From Selaginella moellendorffii (Eukaryota; Plantae; Lycopodiophyta): DNA of 64,000 nucleotides. The DNA is taken from contig NW_003314279.1 of the NCBI RefSeq assembly GCF_000143415.4, positions 1,040,091 through 1,104,090 of the forward strand, given 5' to 3'. The notes under the pieces were generated by a model. It made no database searches and was not told the origin of the DNA. It saw only the letters and a program-made list of their open reading frames with translations. Numbering within the stretch: the first letter of the stretch is position 1; each line of letters begins with the position of its first letter. Of the stretch, positions 21,491-35,541 are shown piece by piece. The translations under genes and the position numbers were made by a program.

Positions 21491-23218
21491 TGAAGTTCCT
21501 GGTTCAAAATGTTGAAATTGAACTGTTTAAGGTGGTGTGGCTTGGTCGTGATAACCAAGTGGGAAGAGCACCTAAGGGAAACAAACTATGTCCGTGCGAT
21601 GGCATAGTGAGTCCGAGGAAAGTAGTCTCTATAAAAGACCCATGGGAGGGTCATGAAGTTGGGCCGTGGATAGAGCCCATAGCAGAAGATGCTAAAGAGA
21701 CGTACTAGGGGTGAACATCCTCTGGACTTGGCAAAGAAGAGTCTTTGCTATGGAACTGAAACAATACCTCAAGGAGGGAGGTAGAGATTCGATGTTGCTC
21801 GGTGCAACAATCAACGGATAGGAGCAAAAGATGAGTGGCCAAGATAGGGCCGTGGAATCCCTGGGAAGGAATCCAAGTGACAAAGTTAGGCGAGGAACAC
21901 TAATGTGTTGGACGCTAACAAATTGCGGGAAAGGAAGTGTGTTTCCAAGGATGGATTCCGAATTGCTCCGATTTGGCGAAAGTGGAAGCTCCAAGGGAGG
22001 GAGCGGTAAGGTAGCCAAATGATAGGGCCATGAACAGCCCTAGCACAAAGTATGATAACTGGAACTTTGGCACGAAATAGAAGAGAGGATGATGGTGCCC
22101 TCGAGTAGAGAACTTCCTAGGATGGGAAGTGGAGTTGCACAAAAGCTGCAAGGCAAGGTGTCGGAGACACCTAGGAAATTGACTCCAAGGAGTCAAAATT
22201 CAAAGTTCCAAAGTGCAGAGGTTATATCGATGGAAATTGAGACTACTCGAGAAGGAGTAGTGGGATTGACTTAGAGAAGGGTCTCTAAGAGGTTTAGCGA
22301 GAACTAAACCAATAAAAGGAGAGAACCATTACATGTGGTCCAATCAGTCTCTAAGTTGGAGAGACTACGCTCCTTAAAGGATGGACAAGGCATGGTGAGC
22401 CTTTGGTGTCAAACCATAGACAAAGAGTGGTTAGGTGCCAAGGATGGAAATGGTAACACGTGTGGGTGTTACTTTATGAAAGGGTTTACCGTTCGATGAG
22501 GACATCGAACTTCGTCTATGGGTGGTGGAGTTGTGAGACACAAAATCCCTAGGCCCCAAAGTGGAGCTGGAAAGGGTGCCACGTGGTAGTGGCTGAAGCG
22601 AGAGCCAAACGAGCGTAACACGTTTGGACCAAAAGCTCCGACTTGAAAAGTCAAGAGCAGGAGTTGAACTCCCAAAGAAGGGCTCGAGGAACGAGCACGA
22701 AGCGAGCAAAAAGCGAGGCTCCAAAAAGGGACCCAAAAGGACCAACACATGACACGTGGGGGTGTCCGAGATGGACTCGAGTTGGAGTCCGAAGTGGAGT
22801 CCGAGATGGACCCGAGTTGGAGTCCGAAGTGGAGTCCGAGATGGACTCGAGTTGGAGTCCGAAGTGGAGTCTGAGATGGACCCGAGTTGGAGTCCGAAGT
22901 GGAGTCCAAGATGGACCCGAGTTGAAGTCCGAAATGGAGTCCGAGATGGACCCGAGATGGAGTCCGAGATGGAGTCTGAAGTGGAGTCCGAGGTGGACCC
23001 GAGATGGACCCGAGATGGAGTCCGAGATGGAGTCCGAGGTGGACCCGAGATGGACCCGAAATGGAGTCCGAGATGGAGTCCGAGATGGACCCGAGATGGA
23101 GTCCGAGATGGAGTCCGAGATGGACCCGAGATGGACCCGAGATGGAGTCCGAGATGGAGTCCGAGATGGAGTCCGAGATGGAGTCCGAGATGGAGTCCGA
23201 AGTCGAGACCGAGACCGG

Positions 23219-23250
<32 letters not shown>

Positions 23251-26200
23251 TCGGGACCGAGACCGAGCCCGAGCCCGAGTCCGAGTCCGAATCCGAGTCC
23301 GAGTCCGAGTCCGAATCCAAGTCCGAGTCCGAGTCCGAGTCCGAGTCCGAGTCCCAGTCCGGAGCCTGAGAGGGTGAAAGCCCAAAGCGTTCGTCTCCCA
23401 GACCCTGGGGGGTTTGGTGAGCTCCAAAAGTATAGTAAGGGGGAGGACTGCAGTGGAGCCAATTTGGCCAGGAAAGGCCAGTTTGGCCCAGGAAGGCCAG
23501 ACCCAGTGTTGGGTGATGAACTGACCACTGGGAAGTCCAAGACTAGAGTGAATACGGACCGACAAGCGGGGTAGCTTGGTGAAGTGTTCAAGAGCCGGCT
23601 CTAGTTCCCCCGGGAGATCGACTGGCCGATGCTCCCAGTCCAAGTGTGGGTGGCACTACCTACTTGGATACCAGGCGTGGCTCAATGGAACCTCGCTCTA
23701 AGCCCATGGCTAGAGCACCTAAAGGCGAAAGGTGGGGAGAGTACCCAGGTGGCTCACGTAAGGCCACGGTGTTCCGAAATGTTGTCCCAAAAGCCTAGAC
23801 TGTGGAAAGGAAGAGGAGCAGTCCTCTGGGGTAGTGACCAAGGACACAGTCGTGTGGTGAGGAAGTCCCAGAGGACCATGGGACTTAGTGGTCGGGCCTG
23901 TGGGCCTCGATCCAGTGGCAGTGTTGGTAAACACGGCCAGGGGCAGAAAGGGACTTGGTAGGAACTGACAAAGGGACTTTGGGGAAGGCGATTCCCCAGG
24001 TCTGTGGGCATCCTAAGGATGCTAAGGAGCGGATCTAGGATGACCACTCGTGAAAAGATGGCCCAGTCTTGGAGAGACGGGATGGTGATGCAAGTGGTAT
24101 TGGACCACTAGTGCAGCAAAGGTGAATGGGCATGGCCTTAGCGTAACGGGCCGAGATGTCAGTGGTACCTTCGGGTGTCGGTCTTCGGACCGGACACGTG
24201 GAGCACTTGGACCAGGTGCAAGTGTTGAGTGGCATGGATGCCATTCTTGGGGCTAGCAAGTCCCAAGTCCTGAATTGGACTAATGGAGGTTGTGAATGAG
24301 ACTCCTCCAAATGGTCGAAGGTGTGGTTAAGTGACTAAAGTAGAATGGAAAATTTAGTCGCTTACAGTGAAGCTTGGGCTTAGACCCAAGCCAAATGCAG
24401 AACAAGGATAGGCATGCAAGCAAGAGCTAGACTATGCCTTAGGTTGGTCGACCATACCCGACATACCCACTATACATTTGGAACCCCCATAGCCCCCCTT
24501 CCCCCCTTTGAGGAACACACACTTTAGGCTTTCACCCCAAGCCACCCTTAGTACCAGGAGTTAGTATCTGGGATGAGCTTGAAATTTACTAAATATAGAG
24601 TTCCTAGATTGCGAATTTGGACACGGGACAAACACCATTGTGTTTAGGATAATCTCTACATTCTGTAGATATGCCAAATGAGCAAATCTAAACACTTTCC
24701 ATAAATAGCATTTGGGACCGAAATGAGACTAACACAAAGGGCATGATAGCAAAGGTGTTTAACAGACACGGTAAGCTATCATCCAGTGATATTGAGGGAT
24801 TAGTATTAATATGCAAGGGTTCTTGTCAAGCTAGTGCAAGACAAAGCAAAAGAAAACTAAAAAGCCAAGCTAAGCATGCTTGAGTAAATAGACATTTAGA
24901 AATTCATTCCTTATGCTTGTGCGGCCAAGTATAGATGCAAAGTCTAGTTTACTAACACTTGAACAAGAAGGACTAATAAAGGGTCTAGCAATACCGACCT
25001 CTTGCCATCGTGGTAGTAAAGAAAGAGTGTCTGTAAGGACTGGCTGACAGATAACTTTCGATATCTAAAGTCACATTCACAACACTCTCCCCCCCTAAGG
25101 AATGAATACCATATGAGAAATCCACCGACTTAAATGAGTTAGGAGGCAACCTCTTTGTCTAACGCAGATGCGCTACCAACTCAGACACCTTCTGGCCGTT
25201 ACCGACAAGGAAATGACTAATTGAGTTAGCCACCCTTAACACAGCTTACAAAAGTGTGATATGCTCTTACTTGCAGGGACATAAAGAGAGAAGCTAGAGG
25301 CCCTAACCTTTATGACTAAAGAAACCAAACCCATTGGTAAGGTTTATATAGACTACTAGAGTTGTTTACATAGTCATGCCCTTTTAATGGAATAAAGAAC
25401 ATCGACAGAGAGGCAGGTGATGTGACCACTCAATAGTATCTACCCCATGACTAGAGATTTTACCATGCACACGAAGTGCCGAAGTCAGTTTGCCAATACT
25501 GACCCAAACTCAAAGATTAATAGATGAACAATATCAAAGTTATAAACAATAATATCTTAGAGACTTAATTAGCAGTGAATAAATCTTATATTAGAATACA
25601 AAAGTATTCCAAGTAAGTTATCATCTGATAAACTAGTATTATAGTATAGGAACCACCAAGATCATTAGAATTAAAAAACATAGGATTCACTATCTAACAA
25701 AATTCAATAGCAAGTATATCATCAAGTAAACTCAATGAGAAAACATAACTACCAAAGATTGTAAATAGTATGTTAAACAACTTATGAAAGATAACTCAAA
25801 GAACACAAAATATCATTGACTGGCAAGCAAAATGCTCACAAATGTATCACCCAAAGGAAATAACATCTCAATCTATCAAAATAAACTCGAGCAATAATTA
25901 ATGGAAAAAAATGAATGCAGCAAAACCAACAAACATTCGTTCATGCCAACTATCACACTAGTCAATCAGAATAGATCCTAACTAACAACACCAAGGAACT
26001 CAAGTTGCCTAAGCAAGTGTCAACAACATCCCATCGATGTCTCAAACCCAAAAGACAAATCCAAAGCAAACCACAAGGAATATGTGGTATTGCGAAAAGC
26101 CATAAGCCATCAAAGCAAACAACTAATTATTATAAAAGATCATCAATCATCCCATCAATAAAGAGATGCATAATTATCGTCAAAAATAGAATCCACTATC

Positions 26201-27636
26201 CCGAAGAACAGTGAATCATTCTATATCAACAACAATCAAACAAAATCTTTTTGACAAGGATAATTAACTATCCTAGATGATAATTAATCATCACCAATTA
26301 TTTGGTAGATGCAAAAATCAACTTCAACATCGAAGTTAATAAGCCAAAAATACCTTCCCATAACAACTCCAAACAAATAAAATAATGAGCATGAAAACTC
26401 AAGAAACTAAAAGCTCGAAGAAGCCTATAGCCAAGTCTTGTCTAACAATGATCACAAGTCTTATATAAACCAACTTCAATGCTAAAAAAAAAATATAGTA
26501 CAACCCACAATATCCTTTTCAACACATCTATAAGCTAAACTTCATAATGCAAAGTTAATGAAGAACATGTCTACATCAATCCAAAAGTTAAGCATAATGG
26601 AATTATGCTCAATAAGTGACCACTAAACCGATCCTCCATGAATCCATTTATAGCAAGACATAACTCACTTCATAATAAGCACAAGAAGAATCATCCATGA
26701 TCGATATATTCCAACACAAATCCAATAAGGATTCAAACATCTTTAATATCGATCATTAACTCTTCGTCTCGTAAAGCTAGTATAATCCATGATTGAATCA
26801 CTTTTCAAAAAAAATCCAAAGCTCAACCCCTACTAAATAATTTTGTCTAGAACACAACTAACTCAACTTGCCACTTAGTTCGTTTGAATGTTAATACGAT
26901 TGCTAATTAGCAACTGTACAAATGCTCATAACATAAAGCCATAGCCAATCATCAACACTATATTTATCGAAACTAATGAAACTCAATTTTAATCTTAATG
27001 AGAGACATTTCATTTCACTCGAATCTCAACATCAATAATGTCAACGATAAGGCATCATTTCAATGCCATCAACACCAGAACAAAGCTAGAAGAAAGCAAG
27101 AATGAATCACTACCTAAAACTCTTTAGCAACCAAGCTAATCAAAGTCAAAGATACTTAACTTAGTATCTAAGACTAATCCTTCAGCAAAACTCAGTTACA
27201 GATAACACTTCCTCAAGGAATGATTCACCACATTCAAGACTCAATGAAATCCAACATTACAAACTAAATGCAACTAAATGATATTGTCAAAGGTAGAGTC
27301 GACATGCTAACATGGAAAACCCATGTAAGTCTAACAACACGATCCTCCACAACACCATCCGGTAAAGCAAACCCATCACTAATAAATTTTCATCAAATGA
27401 AGCTAGTGTCAACAGTTATTGACAAAGTTTACAAGTAATCACTAATTGCAAAGCAACTAACAATCTGTCAGGAATCCCCCAATTCTTGCCACATTCCTGA
27501 CTCTCACCGGATTCTTGACTTACAGACCACATTCTTGACTCTTGAGACACTTCTCTATTCCTGACTCTTGAGACACTTCCCTATTCCTGACTCTCTGATT
27601 TCCTGTACAATTCTTGAGTCTCGAGCTAGATTCCTG

Positions 27637-30600
27637 TGTAAGCGACTAAATTTTCCATTTTACTTTAGTCACTTAACCACACGTCTGACCACTTGGAGGA
27701 GTCTCATTGACAACTTCCATAAGTCCCACTCAGGACTTGGGGCTTGCTAACCCCGAGAATGGCATCCATGCCACTCAACCTTAGCACTTGGTCCAAGTGC
27801 TCCACGTGTCCGATCCCATGATCGACACCCCAAGGTATCACCGACGTACCGGCCTGTTACGCTAAGGCCATGCCCATTTACCTTGGTCACACTAGTGGTC
27901 CAACACCACTTGCATCACCGTCTTGGCCCTCCAAGACTAGGCAAACCATCCGTGAGTGGTCATCTCAGATCCACTCCTTAGCATCCTTAGGATGCCCACC
28001 GACAAGGGGGAATAGCCTTCCCCAATATCCCTCTGTCAGTCCCCACCAAGTCCCTTTCTGCCCCTGGCCGTGTTTGCCAACACTGCCACTGGATCGAGAC
28101 CCATAGGCCCGACCACTAAGTCCCACAGTCCTCTGGGACTTCCTCACCACATGACTGTGTCCTTGGTCACTACCCTAGAGGACTGCTCCTCTTCCTTTCC
28201 ACAGTCTGGGCCTTTGGGACAACATTTCGGAACACCGTGGCCTTACGCGAGCCACCTGGGTACTCTCCTCGCCTTCTGCCCTTGGGTGCTCTAGCCATGG
28301 GCTTAGAGCGGGTTCCGTTGAGCCACACCAGGTATCCAAGTAGGTAGTGCCACCCACACTTGGACTGGGAGCATCGGCCAGTCGATCTCCCGGGGGGACT
28401 AGAGCCGGCTCTTGAACACTTCACCAAGCTACCCCGCTTGTCGGTCTGTGTTCACTCTAGTCTTGGACTTCCCAGTGGGCAGCTCATCACCCAACACTGG
28501 TTCTGGCCTTCCTGGGCCAAACTGGCCTTTCCTGGCCAAACTGGCTCCACTGCAGTCCTCCCCCTACTATACTTTTGGAGCTCACCAAACCCCCCAGGGT
28601 CTGGGAGACGAATGCTTTGGGATTTCACCCTCTCAGGCTCCGGACTCGGACTCGGACTCGGACTCGGACTCGGACTCGGACTCGGACTCGAACTCCTCAG
28701 GCTCAGGCTTAGAGGGCTCGGGCTCGGTCTCGGCCTCGGCCTCGGTCTCGGTCTCGGTCCCGATCTCGGTCTCGGTCTCGGTCTCGGTCCCGGTCTCGGT
28801 CTCGACTTCGGACTCCATCTCGGACTCCATCTCGGGTCCATCTCGGACTCCATCTCGGGTCCATCTCGGACTCCATCTCGGGTCCATCTTGGACTCCATC
28901 TCGGACTCCATTTCGGGTCCATCTCGGGTCCACCTCGGACTCCATCTCGGACTCCATCTCGGACTCCATCTCGGGTCCATCTCGGACTCCACTTCGGACT
29001 CCAGCTCGGGTCCATCTCGGGTCCACCTCGGACTCCATCTCGGACTCCATCTCGGACTCCATCTCGGGTCCATCTCGAACTCCATCTCGGGTCCATCTCA
29101 GACTCCAACTCGGGTCCATCTCGGGTCCACCTCGGACTCCATCTCGGACTCCATCTCGGACTCCATCTCGGGTCCATCTCGGACTCCACTTCGGACTCCA
29201 ACTCGGGTCCATCTCGGGTCCACCTCGGACTCCACTTCGGACTCCATCTCAGACTCCATTTCGGGTCCATCTTGGACACTCCCACGTGTCATGTGTTGGT
29301 CCTTTTGGGTCCCTTTTTGGAGCCTCGCCTTTTGCTCGCTTCGTGCTCGTTCCTCGAGCACTTCTTTGGGAGTTCCACTCCCGCTCTTGACTTTTCAAGT
29401 CGGAGCTTTTGGTCCAAACGTGTTACGCTCGTTTGGCTCTCGCTTCGGCCACTACCATGTGGCGCCCTTCCGGCTCCACTTTGGGGCCTAGGGATTTTGT
29501 GTCTCACAACTCCACCACCCATAGACGAAGTTCGATGTCCTCATCGAATGGTAAACCCTTTCATAAAGTAACACCCACACGTGTTACCATTTCCATCCTT
29601 GGCACCTAGCCAATCTTTGTCTATGGTTTGACATCAAAGGCTCACCATGCCTTGTCCATCCTTTAAGGAGCGTAGTCTCTCCAACTTAGAGACTAATTGG
29701 ACCACATGTAATGGTTCTCTCCTTTTATTGGTTTAGTTCTCGCTAAACCTCTTAGAGACCCTTCTCTAAGTCAATCCCACTACTCCTTCTCGAGTAGTCT
29801 CAATTTCCATCGATATAACCTTTGCACTTTGGAACTTTGAATTTTGACTTCTTGGAAGAAATTTTGGCTCCGACACCTTGCCTTGCACCTTTTGTGCAAC
29901 TCCACTTCCCATCCTAGGAAGTTCTCTACTCGAGGGCACCATCATCCTCTCTTCTATTTCGTGCCAAAGTTTCAGTTATCATACTTTGTGCTAGGGCTGT
30001 TTATGGCCCTATCGTTTGGCTACCTTACCGCTCCCTCCCTTGGAGCTTCCACTTTCGCCAAATCGGAGCATTTCGGAATCCCTCCTTGGAAACACACTTC
30101 CTTCCCCGCAATTTGTTAGCGTCCAACACATTAGTGTTCCTCGCCTAACTTTGTCACTTGGATTCCTTCCAAAGGATTCCACGGCCCTATCTTGGCCACT
30201 CATCTTTTGCTCCTATCCGTTGATTGTTGCACCAAGCAACATCGAATCTCTACCTCCCTCCTTGAGGTATTGTTTCGGTTCCATAGCAAAGACTCTTCTT
30301 TGCCAAGTCCAGAGGATGTTCACCCCTAGTACGTCTCTTTAGCATCTTCTGCTATGGGCTCTATCCACGGCCCAACTTCGTGACCCTCCCATGGGTCTTT
30401 TATAGAGACTACTTTCCTCGGACTCACTATGCCATCGCACGGACATAGTTTATTTCCCTTAGGTGCTCTTCCCACTTGGTTATCACGACCAAGCCACACC
30501 ACCTTAAACAGTTCAATTTCAACATTTTGAACCAGGAACTTCATTCCTTAGCCAACCAAGGACCTTGTCCTTATCTGGCCATAAGATCACCTAGTGATCT

Positions 30601-33600
30601 CACCTTGGCACCTTAACAGAGTTGCCAAGAGGTACTTGGTTTTCTAGACCTCCAAGTTGTTGACTATAACCCCGGGGGCATCCCCCACACTTGGCGGTGC
30701 ACCCAAGCTAGCCCTTACGGCCAAGGGTTCATAGCAACTGAGATTAGGTGTCCCCATCTCACTCACCATGACCTTGGTGCCACTTGCACCAAAGTGTTCA
30801 AGTTAGATATGCTGAGCTTTCACACTAAGCAATCTAACCGTGCATCACGACTCCGAGGCATCCCTCGCTTGGCGGTGTGCCCAAACCAGTCTCCCCACTG
30901 AGAGTCCATGACCACCGAAATATGAGTGTCCTCATATTCCAAACCATCACCACGCCCTAGTGATTTGGGACTCGAACCCAAGCACTAGAGGGTCGGGACT
31001 CAAACCCAACCTCCGTATATGCATCTACGGACGGCATCACACTAGATGCCTGGCGTGACTCCCCACGCCGGTGCACCAACCTATTTTTAAAGCGCGCTAC
31101 AGATCACAGCTTAGGAACCTAGTTCCTCCACACTGCCAAGTCCTCTCACTTGACATGTCTGTGATCATGCATGGAATCCTCCATGCTCGGCCCCCTGGCC
31201 CACCCTTTTTGAAGATATCACCTTCAACTAGGGTCTTTGTTCCCCCGACGTGCCAATCTCACTTGGCAAGTCCTCCGACCATTGTAACATGGTTCCTGCA
31301 TAAGCGTGAAAGTCCTTGACCATCGACTTTCGTTCAAAGCCCTCTCTTTGAACACTCGGGAACTACTTCCCTAACCTTGATAACCTTGCCTCATGGCAAG
31401 CTTCAAGACCACGCTTCTGCTGCGCCACTCTGATTTCGCGCGTTCCATGAACCATTTACACTTGGCCTTTCTAGGTACTACGCTACCTAGAATCGTCTTT
31501 GGGAACCTTGAAGGAACTCTGTCCCTCAGCTTGCTAAGGCCTCCCCTTTCGCAAGCTTTATAGTTGCCATATAGTCTAACATGGACAATTCCATATTTTA
31601 GACTCTCCATGGCATCACGGTTGCTAGCAACAACATCCTCGAGCACCCTTTTGATTCTCCACTCCCAACTTTCATAACCACTGTTGGATATGACCTTTGA
31701 TTTCTATGGTTCAGTTCCATCCCAACACTACTTGCCTTTGGCTTCACACCTTTCCTTCGGTCATTCTCCTCCAGACCAGGAGGATAGCTTTGCACTTTCT
31801 ATCATGCCTTAGCAAGTATTCTTAGGGATGAACCTACCCAATAGCCCGGGGAGTGGTTCCTCAATCCGGGTATGCTCAGCTTATAATCCCACACACTGGG
31901 GTTACATTGTTGCTTATGGGCCTTTACATGCCCATCACTAGCCTTGCCAAAATTCCATTTTTGGCTTTGTCCAACTTGGGTAGACAGTCCTCTCTTGTCT
32001 CCGCAACCTTGGACATTTGGATAGCACCTTCTATCCAGGGACTTAGTCCCTTGGGCTTTATCCATTGCCCTCGCGACATCAAACACCACCTTCTGGTGTT
32101 CTAGAGTGTTCGGGTGTCCCAATGATGGCTTTCTTGACAATGAGTATTTCCTTTTATGACATTGACTTACTATATCGCAACATAAGCAACTTATCCCCCG
32201 TAAGGGTATATCCGACTTCCCTATACTAGAAGTCTTGGGTAGCTACCTTCTACCCGTTTAACCAGTTATTTTGCACCTCTTGCTTAGTTGCCTCATAGTT
32301 GTCAAGTCCTACAACTCATTGCTTGGTGCATTCACACCTCCATCACTATCTGGGTCACCACACTCCAATTGCATGCTCTGCAGCTTAAGCTATGCCATTC
32401 CCATTTCCATTGGGATTCCTTTGGCAAGGGGTTCTCATGAACCCACCAACATAGCCTCAAGGTATCACACCTTGGCACATTTGGTGTTTCCACACCATCG
32501 GCTCCACGAGCCTACCTCTATGACATTTCCCTTCGTGTCTAAGTCTTTGCCAAGACTAACACCGCTCTTTCTCATGCCAACCATCCGTTAGCACTTCCCC
32601 ATAGAGGTCACACACAACTTTATGTCAAAGTTGTTTCCTTCTGGGAACACCTTTCCCATAACTTTAGCATGGCACATTTTGCCATCGATGAGATACTCTC
32701 TGTTCTCATCCTTGGATCCTATGATCCCCCCCCATCCTTTGTGGGGTACAACGCACCTCAGTCCAAATGCTTCATTCAGTCCTTTTTAGGACCATCCCTT
32801 GACTCTACTTGAGTCGTCTAGCAGTTTTGGACTTGGTTAATCCACCGACCCGTAAGGTCCTATTTGTGAGGCACTAGCTCACTGGAATACACATCTTGCA
32901 TTCCGGTCCTACTCAAAAGGACTATTTTCACAAGTGTTACTCCGACACTTGATTTTGTTCTCTGGGGGCAACCTTTGCCCCTTAGGACTACTTGTCCATG
33001 TGATGAGAATACCAACTCATCCACTTAATACACCCCCAACTCCTTGGGTTGTTCCAGCATTTATTAGAGGTAGCCCCGGCTACTATTTCAAGGACTTGAG
33101 TCCTCTTCCGTATTTGACCTTCCACGGTCATTACCTTTGGTCTCACATTCATGAGCACCAACCTCAACTATATGAGGATAATCTTGTGACTCCTTTATTG
33201 TTTTGGAGTCTCTATCTTTCCCGTGATCCCAACTTTAGTTATTTACCACAACAACCTAAGCCAATTTGCTGAGACAAATGCTCATCCGGATCACATCCTC
33301 AACTCAATGAGGAAAACCTTGCACTGTTCCCAAGATCCCAAAGTCGTTCCATTATTGGCCCTTTTCTATCCACCACCTCGTCTACAAGTTCACACATAAA
33401 CTGTAATGGAGAGCCATGTCTTCCCGACTTGCTACTCCTCAAGGATAGGCCCACTCCTCGGACCTTCCGATGCCAACACTAGTGGTGATATACTTGAGCA
33501 CCAATAAAAGTCGGACTAAGGAACAGCTCTAATACCAAATTGTAAGCGACTAAATTTTCCATTTTACTTTAGTCACTTAACCACACGTCTGACCACTTGG

Positions 33601-35220
33601 AGGAGTCTCATTGACAACTTCCATAAGTCCCACTCAGGACTTGGGGCTTGCTAACCCCGAGAATGGCATCCATGCCACTCAACCTTAGCACTTGGTCCAA
33701 GTGCTCCACGTGTCCGATCCCATGATCGACACCCCAAGGTATCACCGACGTACCGGCCTGTTATGCTAAAGCCATGCCCATTTACCTTGGTCACACTAGT
33801 GGTCCAACACCACTTGCATCACCGTCTTGGCCCTCCAAGACTAGGCAAACCATCCGTGAGTGGTCATCTCAGATCCACTCCTTAGCATCCTTAGGATGCC
33901 CACCAACAAGGGGGAATAGCCTTCCCCAATATCCCTCTGTCAGTCCCCACCAAGTCCCTTTCTGCCCCTGGCCGTGTTTGCCAACACTGCCACTGGATCG
34001 AGACCCATAGGCCCGACCACTAAGTCCCACAGTCCTCTGGGACTTCCTCACCACATGACTGTGTCCTTGGTCACTACCCTAGAGGACTGCTCCTCTTCCT
34101 TTCCACAGTCTGGGCCTTTGGGACAACATTTCGGAACACCGTGGCCTTACGCAAGCCACCTGGGTACTCTCCTCGCCTTCTGCCCTTGGGTGCTCTAGCC
34201 ATGGGCTTAGAGCGGGTTCCGTTGAGCCACACCAGGTATCCAAGTAGGTAGTGCCACCCACACTTGGACTGGGAGCATCGGCCAGTCGATCTCCCGGGGG
34301 GACTAGAGCCGGCTCTTGAACACTTCACCAAGCTACCCCGCTTGTCGGTCTGTGTTCACTCTAGTTTTGGACTTCCCAGTGGGCAGCTCATCACCCAACA
34401 CTGGGTCTGGCCTTCCTGGGCCAAACTGGCCTTTCCTGGCCAAATTGGCTCCACTGCAGTCCTCCCCCTACTATACTTTTGGAGCTCACCAAACCCCCCA
34501 GGGTCTGGGAGACGAACGCTTTGGGCTTTCACCCTCTCAGGCTCCGGACTCGGACTCGGACTCGGACTCGGACTCGAACTCAGATTCGGACTCGGACTCG
34601 GGCTCGGGCTCGGTCTCGGCCTCGGCCTCGGTCTCGGTCTCGGTCCCGATCTCGGTCTCGGTCTCGGTCTCGGTCCCGGTCTCGGTCTCGACTTCGGACT
34701 CCATCTCGGACTCCATCTCGGGTCCATCTCGGACTCCATCTCGGGTCCATCTCGGACTCCATCTCGGGTCCATCTCGGACTCCATCTCGGGTCCATCTCG
34801 GACTCCATCTCGGACTCCATTTCGGGTCCATCTCGGGTCCACCTCGGACTCCATCTCGGACTCCATCTCAGACTCCATCTCGGGTCCATCTCGGACTCCA
34901 CTTCGGACTCCAACTCGGGTCCATCTCAGGTCCACCTCGGACTCCATCTCGGACTCCATCTCGGACTCCATTTCGGGTCCATCTTGGACACTCCCACGTG
35001 TCATGTGTTGGTCCTTTTGGGTCCCTTTTTGGAGCCTCGCCTTTTGCTCGCTTCGTGCTCGTTCCTCGAGCACTTCTTTGGGAGTTCCACTCCCGCTCTT
35101 GACTTTTCAAGTCGGAGCTTTTGGTCCAAACGTGTTACGCTCGTTTGGCTCTCGCTTCGGCCACTACCATGTGGCGCCCTTCCGGCTCCACTTTGGGGCC
35201 TAGGGATTTTGTGTCTCACA
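27637..35220 (-). mobile_element. Non-autonomous LTR element A2 (LARD-like), inserted in the 5' LTR of D: 5' LTR 33541-35220, 3' LTR 27637-29508
   Basis: TSD TCCTG; PBS and PPT on the minus strand; interior colinear with the A1 reverse complement. Confidence 0.92.
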
Positions 35221-35541
35221 TCCTGATGATGATGTGGCGCCTCCTCGACCTTAGCTATATTTAGGCCATCCTTGATCTAAGAGTGGTGGAGCTTCATCAA
35301 CCTATAGTATATATAGGTTAGCCTTGTTCCATTTCTCCAGAATCTGAATCAACACCAGTCTAAGGCCTTTTCTTTATTTCCACTAGCTTTTCTCTTTGTC
35401 CTTTGCATTTTCCAGTCTTGATCTTGTTGGGGGTCTTGACAGTTTGATTCAGATTGTGTTTTTTTCATTTTTTGCTTTAGCTCGTTTTGATTGTTTGACT
35501 ACCTTTGCCTTTTTTTTCCCCCTTTTTCTTTCTTCTTGTCG

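Larger units (their letters stand above)
16675..24366 (+). mobile_element. Non-autonomous LTR element A1 (LARD-like): LTRs 16675-18485 and 22532-24366, ~4 kb non-coding interior
   Basis: TSD GTGAA, near-identical LTRs, PBS TGGTATCGGAGC at 18489-18500 and PPT GGGTGGTGGAGT before 22532. No gag/pol ORF. Confidence 0.92.

Noticed and set aside
25097-27460. Superfamily assignment and coding domains for the element C interior
   Set aside because: Too decayed; no RT, IN or gag motif could be read by eye.
35223-35260. CTGATGA in the D LTR as a possible hammerhead ribozyme core (retrozyme)
   Set aside because: No correctly placed GAAA or supporting stems.
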